Below are positions 14,179 through 26,312 of a stretch of DNA of 64,000 nucleotides, in pieces. Within the stretch, counting starts at the first letter, position 1. Every line of letters begins with the position of its first letter. The stretch covers positions 10,757,874-10,821,873 of the forward strand of contig OZ316894.1 in assembly GCA_973895155.1 (NCBI GenBank), written 5' to 3'. The notes beneath the pieces were generated by a model. It was given only the letters and a program-made list of their open reading frames with translations. It made no database searches and was not told where the DNA came from. The position numbers were made by a program, and so were the translations under genes. Source of the DNA: Marsupella aquatica. Its lineage: Eukaryota; Plantae; Marchantiophyta.

Positions 14179-15540
14179 ATGGGAAAAGACAGTGGTAATG
14201 GGGAAGAAGTGGAAGAGCAAGCTGCTGGTCGGTGGAGAAGATTGGGGGAGCTGGGAATGGAGGAGGGGCTTCGAGAAGCTGGGTTTTCCCAAGCCAGCAT
14301 CACTGCAATTCTCAGCCAGGTGCGCTCGTCTGGTGAGAGGGTCTCCCAACAATTTTGGGAAGGTGTAATTGCGGACAGGTTATCAGAAATCAAAGATGGT
14401 AGAGCAGTGTTGCTGGCTCTGCTCGGTCGTGACCGCTTCTCGTCTGCGACGGAACTCTGGCTGACTCAGAGAAGCATCGGTCATCTGGACTATAATGAGG
14501 CCATTGCTCTGTGTGTGAACTTGAGCTCCAACCCCAGCATCCGAGTGCTGGCCTTGGACGAGCAGACGGTGTTTGGTACCCTGGAGGGATGCTCTCTCTT
14601 GGCCAATGCGTTGTCAAATAATTCCGCACTCCAGTCTCTCTTCTTGAGCAAGGTTGACATGGGAAGTGGAGCTGCGAGATGCCTCATGGATGGATTGCAG
14701 GGCAGCAAGACCCTGGAGGACCTCTCGATTGGATACAACCCTCTGCTGGACGAGGGAATTGAGTCCGTGGCAGAGATGCTGAGCACCAACACGTCTCTCA
14801 AACGGTTATACATGTACGAGACTCACAGTGGCAGAGAGGGTGCCGAACACATGGCGTCAGCAATGGAGCGCAACTCCACTTTGGAGATTTTGTACTTCGG
14901 AGGGAATGCCATATCAAGTGACGGGATGAAGAGGCTGCTGGCTCCGCTTTCCCGGGGACATGGTGCGGATGGCCCCAAGAACACCACACTCAAAGAGCTG
15001 GAGCTCAGCAACATTGCGCGGGACAGCTACTGCGTTGAGGCCATGGCATGGATGATAAGGACCAACAACAGCTTGTCGAGTCTCAGTCTTGCCTCGACCA
15101 CGTTGCTCACGCAAGATTGGGTGGACCAAATATTTCCTGCGCTGAGAGAGAATGAAACTCTCAAGGAACTAGATCTCAGGTCTTGCCAAGGACTCACGAT
15201 AGAAGGTTGCTACGATGCTCTTATGGAGCTTGTACAATCCAGTGACACGGGATTGGAAGAACTCGAGCTGGCTGGAACTGGTTTAGAACCGACGTCTGCA
15301 CAAGTGGAGGAAGAGTTGAGGTTGAACAGCGAGTACCTTGGCAGGCAGAGGGGCCACGCTCATTTGAACTCCACTTCTGGCCGTCTTTATCTGGAATTCA
15401 TATCTGGTTGGCGCATACTAACCATCTCTGCTCTTACTCAAACTCAATTTCACTTTTCAGAAATCAATCATGGTGTCCTTTTTAAAAACAATTTGCCCCG
15501 CGGGTGGATCCTCCAGACACGGTTACTACCAAGGACATGA
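14179..15540 (+). CDS. RI-like leucine-rich-repeat protein (N-terminal part of a TORNADO1-like LRR-Roc-COR gene)
   Basis: 453-aa open ORF with ~28-aa RI-type repeats (LANALSNNSALQSLFL, VAEMLSTNTSLKRLYM, MASAMERNSTLEILYF, ALRENETLKELDL). It ends in 'STSGRLYL', resembling the strand before a Roc P-loop. True coding part probably ends at a donor after 15406. Confidence 0.75.
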   Translation: MGKDSGNGEEVEEQAAGRWRRLGELGMEEGLREAGFSQASITAILSQVRSSGERVSQQFWEGVIADRLSEIKDGRAVLLALLGRDRFSSATELWLTQRSIGHLDYNEAIALCVNLSSNPSIRVLALDEQTVFGTLEGCSLLANALSNNSALQSLFLSKVDMGSGAARCLMDGLQGSKTLEDLSIGYNPLLDEGIESVAEMLSTNTSLKRLYMYETHSGREGAEHMASAMERNSTLEILYFGGNAISSDGMKRLLAPLSRGHGADGPKNTTLKELELSNIARDSYCVEAMAWMIRTNNSLSSLSLASTTLLTQDWVDQIFPALRENETLKELDLRSCQGLTIEGCYDALMELVQSSDTGLEELELAGTGLEPTSAQVEEELRLNSEYLGRQRGHAHLNSTSGRLYLEFISGWRILTISALTQTQFHFSEINHGVLFKNNLPRGWILQTRLLPRT

Positions 15541-15729
15541 TTTGCATAGAGATTCAACTTGCGATTGTGCTTTTAGAGCTGGTTCGCATGATCTGTCCGT
15601 AATTTACAGCTTGTGGTCCTGTCTATGCACCACTAGCTTATTTTAATTCGTGATTTCGATTTGAAGATTTAGTCTGCCAGCAATTTTCCGGCGGACAATC
15701 TAGAGCCTGATCATGAATTTGAATGGCAG

Positions 15730-15981
15730 GTAAAGCCATGTTTCGCAAAGCAAATGAACCCAAGGAGCAGGACACGGGGGACATGGAAACGCGAGTGGAA
15801 ACGGACTCGAACACGTCCACGAGATTTCATTGTGGTCTTCGACGGTTCCTGTGTTGTGGATGTTGGTGCGGATTTTGTTGCCTTCCCAGAGATTGAGAAG
15901 GTTGGACAGTTGCTGAAACGTCCACCAGATTTTAAAGACTGGCATCTGATGGATTCCCGCAAGATACCGGGGCCCGCTTGA
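15730..15981 (+). pseudogene. Degenerate Roc/COR remnant downstream of the LRR ORF
   Basis: After an AG acceptor at 15729 the frame reads G-K-A-M-F-R-K-A (P-loop GK[T/S]-like). A 1-nt shift gives 'RTRG' (Roc switch-I-like). Sequence is then short and fragmented. Confidence 0.45.
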
Positions 15982-18900
15982 CAACAAGCAATCAGGAAAT
16001 GGACAGGGTACGATATGACAATCAGCTTCGGATAGAAGGCAATTTCACCGAATATATTGAACTCTCTTCAACTCACGAGAAAATGATCGGTTGATTGTGT
16101 CGGCACCATGTCTGGTCGGGATGCATCGGAAGATAACACAGTCTATCTATTGACGGAGTAGAATCGCTGATGTAGTCAGCGTATCGCCTAATCTGCGGAT
16201 TCACGCTTCTCAAAATTGTGAGGTCCAAATACTCTTGCCCCTAATTAGAATCTGTGGACTGTGAAATCAGTGCATTCATTCGCATTCAATGTCTTTTTTC
16301 CTCAGCTACGTTCGATCTGGCAGTGCATCGTTATCCTAGCAAAACTCACCCACACTCACCCTGAAGCACTAAGCAATCGAAGCTTTCATGAGCTGCGCAG
16401 GAAACTTGTTGATGGTCAGAAAATTACTAGACTCTCCTCATGGCGAATTGTTTCTTGGAATCGAAAGACTCACCGTACGCCATGATACAGGTAAGAATTG
16501 TATCGTCCGTCAGAGTCTGTCCACACGAGACAATTTCTATCCCAGAATTCTGAGTAGAGCACCTGATTTGTCCAGTTCCGACCCTGAAATTCGTGACAGG
16601 CGTTCTGACTGTGCTTCTGAACGAGAGAAGTTTAGAGAATTGTGATTGTATTTCATTTACTGTACATGAGATTGAGTGCCATGGAGCAGGACGCTTGAGA
16701 AAACGGATCATGCGGCTCTTCGTGTCATCAGGATGCTACTGGAGGCCAAAGGAATGACCGAAGGATCGAGAGGTCCCGAGCTGTGCTGATCGGAAAAGCA
16801 CGGAACAGTCGCATCGCTCATCACTAAGTCGACATTTGTTGCTTTGGACAAATCAATGCGAATTTGAGGAAGACACTCGACAAGTTTGTTGAGAACTATT
16901 CGTAAACTCTGAGTCCGTTATGCGTTGGTACTGTACTATTTCTGTAAAAAGTTGGAAGCTTGGAGCATATATTTGGTACGTGAGGTTTGAAAAGCTTCTC
17001 GGCTCTCTGCCCAGTAGGGTGTTACTCTTCTGGGTCCACTTAGAGCAGTGTTTCCATCAGCCCAAACGGGCCCTCACCCTCCTCCGATCGTGACCCTGTA
17101 AGTGAGTTTGAGGGCTTGACCACAAACCATTCCATGGGCCCTTTGAGAACTGTTTCCCGGGCAGCAGCACCTACGGTGCACCGGCTCCACCGACGATGCT
17201 TTTTGTAGACGCTCTACTATTTTTTACTGTTCTCTTCTCAAGGCTAGCAGTCGCCTCGGTCTCCTCTCATCGCTCGCGCTTGTGCCCGGTCATTCTCCTC
17301 TGACTTGTCCCATTGAATTTCTGCTGCCAATTACGTTTTCAATTTCTTCTGCCGATCTGTGCCGACTCAATTTTGCTGCCAGTTCTTGCAATTTTGCTCC
17401 ATTTTGATTGTGGAAATGAACTTTGAAGACAAGATGGCTGCTGGGGAGCCACAATACCTGTATGTCATCAGATGCACAGGAAGTAGGAATCACATCAATA
17501 ACCTACCTATCTACCCGAGTGACAGGTTCTCTACAATCTGCCAACCCCTTTCGTGCTCGAATGGACGGCTTCACTCCCAGCTGAAGTCCAGCAAATATTT
17601 GCTATCCTGCGAGTGGGAGCCACATCTTCAATTGTACTTCTCCAACAACCACTGGCCGTTCTTCAGCGCTGGATGTACACATAGTCATTCAAGCAGGCAC
17701 AATCGTCTTGGTCACTTGACCAAAAATTCATCTCAATCTGTTTATCGACAGCTCAGATGATATCTATCACAACACTTCTTTCCCTTCATGTAAACATTCC
17801 CAAAGATACACACACGAATTGAACCACTCTTAAGGATTCATCACAGTGAATTTGAATAGTCAGCTTTCCACGGCAAGAACCGGATGAGAACTCTAAATTG
17901 CTTAACTTTAAATTGTTTTCGTCCAGCGATTGCATTTACTGGTTGATTGGGCTTTGGCGATCCGCTGGTTTCAGCCCTCTCTTTTAAGCTTATAACAATA
18001 ATTTAAGGAAATTTGGTAAAAAAACATGATGTCCAGAGGCTCCTGTTCGTAGCCTTGAGTGAAATGAAACTCATCAATGTCAGTAAAATTAAATAGAAAT
18101 TTCTGTCAGACAAATGTCATGAAAAAACTACAGGCATTCTTTACACCCTCATCAACTGCGGGAACATGAATAGCCTTCAGTTCTCAGCCTTTGCATCAAA
18201 GTCACTAACAATCAGTGTGGAATCATCTTCTCCCAACCCAGGCCCCCAGTCGAATGTCTCGTTTCCTTCAAAGCACATTATGCACATAGACGACCACTCT
18301 ATAGTCAGCATTCTCCAATTTTGTCTGAAATTTAAGAACGGGTTCAGGATGATTGATTCATGAGATATCCCTGGCTTTTGCGCATCGGAAGGGTTTCTTG
18401 GTACACAATCCAGGACCAGGAATCATTTTCTCGAGAATTGTCCATCATTGCGATTTGATTTTCTCCCGGAAATTCCTTGACATGTGGGCATTCTCACCAC
18501 GCTCTCACTCGTTTACATCTCTGGATCAGGCTTTGCTGTAGACAATTGCCACAGCCTTTTGTTGCCCAAACCTATGGTCTCCACACAACATTCTGGCCAT
18601 CATTAATTAGCACACATTTCTGTTGCGACCATTCTGGCCATCAATAATCAGCACACATTTCTGTTGCAACCGGGAATAACAAGTCTGCACATTGGCTATC
18701 TTACAAATAAATCGCAAACAGAGCCTAGTGTTGGGGTCTAGGTTTCTAAAGTGAAGTCTGACTTTAACCTTAGGGCCCACCAAATTTATGTACATGGAAA
18801 GAAAAATGGGACATTATGTATCTCAAAAAAGATAAACATGCATGATGAACCTTGTAGTCATGTCTATTCACATTCAAAGAATGGGCATTCAAGTTGTGTA

Positions 18901-19039
18901 ACCTGTAAACACAGGTTTCCGGTTACCTTGAGGGCTTCAAAAGAAGTGTGGTTGGCCTTCCACCCTGTATGTCTAGTTGAGGGTGACCTTGAAACATCCC
19001 TACTTTCTCATTGGCTCCCCAAAACTTGGACATTTGAGG

Positions 19040-19216
19040 GTGTTGCCGTTAGCCCTATTTCCTTCTTTTTTGTTCCTTTGTTGTTGGTGGGGACTCTTAG
19101 ATCTGTTGGGCCTCTTTGGTCTACTTAGGGCCTTTTCTTTCCCTATATTGGGATGCTTTGCCTTCGAGACCCAGCGTTCTGGTTGGCATATATGTCCTTT
19201 GGCATTGTGATAATAA
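19040..19216 (+). repeat. Short dispersed retroposon 3'-end/SINE-like repeat, copy 1
   Basis: Shares 'ttggg.tgctttgcctt.gaga...ggttg.cat.t.t..cc.ttgg.ca' with ~26030-26180 (+) and ~45440-45560 (-). Confidence 0.5.
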
Positions 19217-20224
19217 AGTTTTAGTGTAAAATGCTCTAAGGATTTTAGTTTCATAAAAGTTTGCATGCTTCAATTGTTTTTTTTGGATGCAATTGTTTTA
19301 TTTCAAAGGCACCACAGTAAGGCCTGTTCAAGCTCAGCGTCCTATCATAGATCTCTCACCATCAGGCTTGGCCCCTCAGAGGAGATCCATGTCCCACTTG
19401 TAGATTCAGTGAACTAAATGTAAAAAACCAGTATTGGTGGGAAGCTCTAAATTGTTGGCTTACTAATGAACTTGACAGTGAAATAACAACAGATTTGCTG
19501 CTGGTGCTCTGAATATAATGTGAAGTGATCGAACTGCCGGCAAGTGCTCTATTTGCAGAGCTGAAGATCACCCTTGACAACAAAGAAGTGTCACCGAATA
19601 ATATTACGTTGTCCATTGAAACGGTCAAACCCATTGCTCTACAATTTCATGTACCTTGTCCATTGAAACAGTCAAACTCATTGCTTTACCATTTTTGCAT
19701 GTCCTTCATTGCAAAAGTAGTCTTCTGGATTTCTGATGTCATTTATCGACTCTGATGTCAAAAATTGAGCATACACCTGCCTTCATTCTCTTACAACCAT
19801 TTGCACTACCTACTCTCAGTACATGGTTTCAAAACACGGCTGCATGCAAACATCAGAGCTAGTTACATGACTAGAGACTCCAATTCTCTATCCACGTCTG
19901 CAAGATGTAGGTACATATGTCAAATCATGGACTGGACCGTAAGGATATCTCTGAAGAACAGACTTTCATCTGCAGTGGAGCTATTGTTCTCAGCCTTCGC
20001 ATGTGCATCCATACCTTCAATTCCGGCTGGTACTGTCAAAGTCGCTGATCTGAAGATGACTATCTACCTCCAACTCTACACTTGAGGTGATGAAAAAGGT
20101 TGGACCACTCAATAAACCAAAGTTCTGCCCGGGATTCTGCCATGGAAGGTCTAATATGTGTAGTCAGAACGCTTGCAATTTGCTTGATCCTTGCTGGTTT
20201 CTATTGAAGGTTTCTTGAGACAGT

Positions 20225-23200
20225 TCAATCTTTTTCTCTCTCCCAGATGCAGAAGTCATCTCCTGAAAGGCCAACCTGAAAGCCAGGCGCTGCGACAACA
20301 AAATAAAATCGAGTGAATTTTCTTGAACGACTTCATGTGTAGAATTGAATGAGAGTACTCCTTGCTTCGCCAGTCATCATTAGTAAAGCTTGCACTCCTA
20401 AGAATTCTCCGAGAAGAATGGGTAAGAACATACCAGGTTGAAATCCTCGCAGGTCAAAGCTAGGTCCCAGCTTGACATAAATACCCCGAAATGACGGGGT
20501 ATTTAATTTTGATCCAATCATAGCTATGTAAAGGTCAGGGTCACCTTTGAGGATGCTTATTTGACTCACAGAATGTACATTCCACTGCTTCCTAATGGTA
20601 AGCAATGATTTGATGTGAGACTGTCCATAAATGACAACTTGGGTCAGAGTCTATCAGACGCCTTTCATTCAAGCCATCTAAACGAAAATATAATACCGCA
20701 GAAAGTTTTCACCTGAATTTTGAGAATCATCGATATCATATCAAATTCTGTTATACTACTCCCCTAAAACCATCTCAAAATTATGCTTAATTAAAGGATC
20801 ATTAACCCTTTACCTGAAGTGAAGGATCATTGAAGTCATCTGCAAAGATGCAGGGTGTGCCCGGATGCGTAAGGAGATAAACATATCTGCATTATTCCCA
20901 TCACTCAAATTCAGAGAAATATTTTCCCTTCTGTCACCACAATTTGGTAGAAGAACGTTCGATCTATTGTGCTCCTGCTTTGCAAAACATTCCTTGAGGA
21001 AATGAAGCTTACCCGAGAGCCCGTCGCCAAGCTGGGAACGGCCAAAGTTTGGGAATTGAACCAGTGCTATGGTTCTCCAAGAATGTAATAGCCTGGTTTC
21101 CAAGAAGACATCTGATTCTGAGATTGAGGGTTCCATGAAGCTGCCGATTGATAAGAAAAACCTACTTGCTTTGAAATCCTTTGACTACAGTAGGACAATA
21201 TATTGTAATCGACGATACTCAGTCAGTTGTTCTTCCCAGATGCCGCATTACCATTTCTGACCACCATCCAACTAGACCGGGGGGGTTACCATCTCTGTCC
21301 TTCAGACGCCAGTATTCTGTGTTCTCCACAGCGCTTTGAAGAATGCCCTGCACCCATCGTAAGCTCACTCAATCGTCAGACATTTTCAGGTGAATGCCTA
21401 ATAGCATGATGTAACCTGTCGCGTACCTGCACTGGGTTAAAGCTCTAGGAAGGTTACATCACTCCGGGGAATTCACAAAACATTCTTAGAACCATAGAGA
21501 CCAAATCAAACTTATGACACACCTTCGTGGTGTAGTCAAACACTGCAGTCGAGCGTCCAGACAAGTTAACCCAATCACAGAGCTGTTGTCGATGCTGGTC
21601 TGTTTTAATAGATAGGAAACACAATCCAAGGCTGTTAATGCACTTCTTAGCGACGAAGGACAAATATACAGCGAAGCGTCTCCAGTTAACAGAAGGATAA
21701 GGCCATCAATTACCATTATATTTACCAATTTAAAACTGAAGCTGGAGCTGCAGACGAGACAAGCGAAGCGGAGATGACAGGGTCAAACATCAGTCTAGCA
21801 ATAATAGAATGGAACAGCTCACCTTGATTGTACTCCAGCATAGAACCATTGTACCTGCCATTGAAAAAGGTGCAGGTCTCACAAAGTTACCAACATCGGT
21901 TGGGTGGGCGAAACTACAACTAAACTACAACACACGATTGCAACATCTGCTTTCCGTAATCCGGTATAGAATCTGATCCAGTACTAAAGCTGAGTGTGCG
22001 CCAAGGTCATACCTCATTGGATGCCAGACGTCCCCAATTGTGATGTCAGAAGCGGTTTCTTGAGCATACCTACCAAATCAGAGGGCAGAGTGCAGAACGG
22101 AGAAGTCTTTATCAACATTTGAACACTCTAAAATTGTTTACCTTTCACAGATATGAAGTTTTGTAAGGACAGTAGATTTTGAAGAGAACATGAATGGCCC
22201 TATTATGAACGGGAAAAAACTCATAAAACGACCCGGGAAACCAATTGGGGCATCATTTATTTATAAGTCAGGGTCGTAAGCCCTCGATTCAAGTTGTCAA
22301 TTGGTAATGCCAGAGTTTCAAGAGAGTGTCGAACATTTTTATTTTGTTGGGATCGTAGGACTTGCCAGCGTCAAAGCACCAGCCCTGCCAAAAAGAAGAT
22401 GGAGCAGTTGCCATCGTCGAAAATCAGTCCTTGAGATAGTAATTTCCGGATTCCAGAGAATTCAATGGCCAACTGGAAAGCAAAGACTGGTGGTGTTAAT
22501 TGCAAATCAGGATTGAAATGTACGAATTAAATCATTAACTCTCCCAAGGTTTGACAGTAAATTCCTCCTTCGGAATATTGCCTACATCGCCTACGATTGT
22601 GGGAGCCTCACATCAAAGCCGACGTCCTTTTTCAACCACAGGAGCCATCCTTTCACGTCACTCTGAAACACCGGATTGCTGTGATCGATGCTTGCAGTGC
22701 TTGGTGGTGGCGGGGGATCGCTGTCACTAAAGCCAGCATTGTGCCCATCGACTACAGCATCATCAACCCAGTCGCCCCAATCGAATTCCTGTCCAAACAC
22801 CCAGATATGATGGGACTTCAGCTCCCGTCTGGCTCATGTACATTAGAAACTCAGCGTTGTGCGAACTCCGATCACTCCGTAATTTATTTCGAAGTGCTGG
22901 GTTCTATCCAGTTGGTGGATTGATGCACTCACCGTAACTGAGTCATTACTGGACGAGACTGCATGCAGCCACTGCTAATCCTTTGGGTCCACATTAAAGC
23001 CATGACTTTTATTTAAATATTGTGAACAATTGAAGTACAATGGAAACAAGCACGTGCACTTTTGTTTCTTCTGTAAAGAATCGCAACAGAGGGCAAAGAA
23101 CTTTTAGCATCACCTGAATGATAACCTTTCATGAAAAAGCAGTGCAGCGAGACAAATAGTTTATGTCTCGTGGACTTTGAGAGTCCGCCAGTGGACTAGA

Positions 23201-23887
23201 TCGACCTTTGCAAGCTTATCATGCCGTAAGCTGCGCAGAACAGAGTGGCGGGTACCCAAACTAGAAGAAGGAAAACTAGAGAATGATGCACACCTCATCA
23301 AAGGGGCCCTCCAGATAATCGTTAAAGATTGTGCTCTGATGCTTCTGTTGACACCCCATGTACTGATGTAAAACGACGTCGTGAATCGCGTAGACTCCGT
23401 TTTCGTGCAAAACAGCTAAAACATCTTCAAGTTCTTCGACGGTCCCATATGCCGAATCTAGCGAGTAAAACTCCTCAGGCATAAAGCCTGCAGACGTGAT
23501 AATTATCAAAAGTATTCAGCGATGGCCGCAGTGCCCCGCCAATTCTTCTGTCCACGAGCACTACACGAGGAAACGACCATGCCGGAAGACAAATTGCTAG
23601 AGAAGGAGTGATATACCTTGCCCATCTGCGGCACGTGAAGCCGGAGGGAACAAGACATGCGTGAAGCCTGTGGATTTTAGAGCAGGCACCAAATCCTTCA
23701 GTCTCTGATAAAAAGTCTTTCCATCCACGACTTCATGGGAATCCCACCCAAATGCCTGGAACAAACAAACCGTGTTGGGAGTAAACTCTGCCAAGAATTC
23801 GGTATTCGATAAGGCTCTCGACACTTGCTTCGATAGCTGCCGTGAGAGCTGCCTCGACAGCGACCGGGGCAGTAGAATCTGTGCCAT
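20225..23887 (-). CDS. Alpha-amylase-like protein (GH13, plant AMY type), 12 exons, ~452 aa, predicted catalytically impaired
   Basis: Exons (minus) 23887-23617, 23487-23294, 22788-22612, 22384-22335, 22069-22013, 21854-21823, 21599-21523, 21347-21252, 21092-21013, 20886-20814, 20620-20434, 20289-20225; all GT-AG, 1359 nt, no internal stop. Amylase motifs LFQAFGWDS, SAYGTVEEL, IDHSNP, YNQDQHRQQLCDW, FDYTTKGILQ, GNPPGLVGWW, YLLTHPGTPCIF, DDFCIWE. Confidence 0.9.
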
Positions 23888-26029
23888 TCCGCCCTCCTTT
23901 CTAGTGCTCTTGTCGGCTGAACCAAGTCAAGCTCACAGTAAAAACTCACCGTCTTTTAAATGCAAACTGAAGGTATCTTGCCCACTCACCACCCACCGGC
24001 AATACTTAGCCACAAAAATGCATGCCACAATTCTCCATCATAGCAATGTGAACACACTCCACAGTAGGAGCAAAATCGGCTCATAGAGCTCTAGTGGTCC
24101 CGTAAGAATTCCAGCTGGCAACTTGGCGGAGCTTAATCATCCCTTCAGCGTTGCCAAAGAGAACTCTCCGGGCCTCATCTTCAAAAGAGAATCTCTGGCA
24201 TAGGGAATTACAGACGTCCTATGAATTCTCTGTAGGCTTGCTCATTCAAGAACCTGTTACGAGGAACAATAGCTTACACTTCTTCCCATCTCCAGCCGGA
24301 GTCAAGACATTTGCCTAAACAATCCAGCCGCTTGAGATCTGTCAGTCACAAGAGTCCAGGGTTTAGCCCGTAAGGTTTCAGAACGTACTCGATTACGGAT
24401 TACATCTGTGTTTCCATTTCCACGATGAAGGACATAATTTTTTGACAACAGCCTCTTCGGAACTAACTTCTCCCTCCAGAACGGACGGATTACTGAACTC
24501 ACAATTCACAAAGCCCATCTATGCGAACGCCATTCAACTACAGTAGGCAGTCAATTTCGATTCAACCCACAGCTTCCCTCCAAGACTACATTACCTTTAA
24601 CAACGAGTTACTGAACGTCATCTATGTTTGCACCTAGCTCCTTATCCATTTCAGCTCTGTACACGCAATTGGACTTCCAAACTACTAATCTCATGACGAA
24701 CAGTGAAGAAATGTGCTAGACTTTGTCTCAGCAAACTCCCTCAAGGCGTAACTATGTTGGCTGTATTAAACATTGTACACGGGCAATCATGGTTTCTATT
24801 CAGCTGTATTCAACACTGAAATCTTAACAAATTAGCATCATTCTTTCACACGAATGCCAGTCATGTTGCGACATACACAGCTCCACGTTGTTAAGTCAAT
24901 CTTGTGCAATTCCCGTTCACATTACATGTCAACGGATGGGACAGGACGTTGCAATTAGTCCGACAGATGACTCAAACTCCAAATTTATTTACCTCAGTCA
25001 TCGAAACGGAGCCCAATTAATCCATCCTGCACGCCGACGAGGTGGTCTATGACAGGAAATTCAATGCCACTGCTTATGACTCTCATCAACACATGCTTGA
25101 ATTGTTTAGTTGCAAATCTTGCTCGCTACCATACCCGTGGGATTATTAATTGCCGACGAGACAGAACGCATAATCCGACGGATGCATGAAGATCCGTGAC
25201 TCAGACGGCATCCACACCTTCGTTATCACATTCCATCGGCACTGATTGGACTCAACAAGACCTCAAGACGACCAAGCGAAACGACAACCGACAACCGACA
25301 ACCGCTAAGCAGAGAACCAAATTCTCGATGGCGAACGATCATCTGGCGGACCAGAACCAGACAGATTGCAAAAAGCTTTCACATAGCTCTGCAAAAAGCG
25401 TCTGCACAGTACTCTAGCCCCCGCAAGGCATCCGCCGCAACCGGAGCTGAGCTCGACGCTTTCCAAATCGAGCTGGGCTATGAAATGGAGTTGTCAAAAT
25501 TAATTGAAACTTGAAGACCTCGAGCTGCGTTTGATATTCAATTCGGTTCGTTTCTGACTGTGCGTTCTATTGCTGTGAGACGCAAACATGAAAGATCTAG
25601 TCTTCTATGTCGACAAACAGGAAACGGACTGTTTGTGGTCTTGCGAAGCGGAATAGCCCTGTCTGTACCTTTGTCTGTGTTCCAAATTTCTTCGTGCGCT
25701 TTGCAGATTATACTCTCGGAATCCGACACGCGATCGGGCCCATGACACCGCACATGGAAGACTCCACGTGTCGTCTGTAGATTGCTGTTGGTTCCGTTTT
25801 GCTCATTGGCCAGAAAACTATATTTTGTCTTGAAGGGAAATGAAGCATAACACTTTTAGTAAACTCTTACTACCAACTTTCTGGGCCCTGGCTTTGACCC
25901 TATGAGCACTTGGTTTTAGGGCCTACAGGCGGGTTCCATTTCATGACCCTCCTATGCGATTTACTTCGGAGCTCTACCAGGCTTTTCGCTCAATAGGTGT
26001 TAACCTTCATGGCTCCTTTGTAGGTTACT

Positions 26030-26180
26030 TTTTGGTCCTTGTTCTTTCTTTGGGTGTTGGTCAAGGACCCCTTGGCTTGTTTTTCCGGAGGCCCTTTCCC
26101 CTCTTTTCCTTCCTTTCATTGGGTTGCTTTGCCTTTGAGATCATGTCTCCCGGGTTGACATTTTTCGCCCTTGGGCACTT
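26030..26180 (+). repeat. Short dispersed retroposon 3'-end/SINE-like repeat, copy 2
   Basis: Similar to ~19040-19216 and to the reverse complement of ~45440-45560. Confidence 0.5.
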
Positions 26181-26312
26181 TGAGTTCCAACGGACTGGCT
26201 ACTAGTAAGTTCACTGGCTAATCTTAAAGTTAACAGTGCACTCGATCAGGTGGCAAATGGTAACTTGAATAGTTGCTCTTTTTAATTGAAATTGTTACGC
26301 AAAGGTCACTTG

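Noticed and set aside
13671-14393. 240-aa minus-strand ORF
   Set aside because: Antisense shadow of the LRR gene and its leader; no recognisable domain.
21365-21426. Apparent amylase exon with a nonsense codon ('...ENV*RL'), which would make the gene a pseudogene
   Set aside because: The real exon GILQSAVENTEYWRLKDRDGNPPGLVGWW lies at 21347-21252 with a good acceptor; this stretch is intronic.
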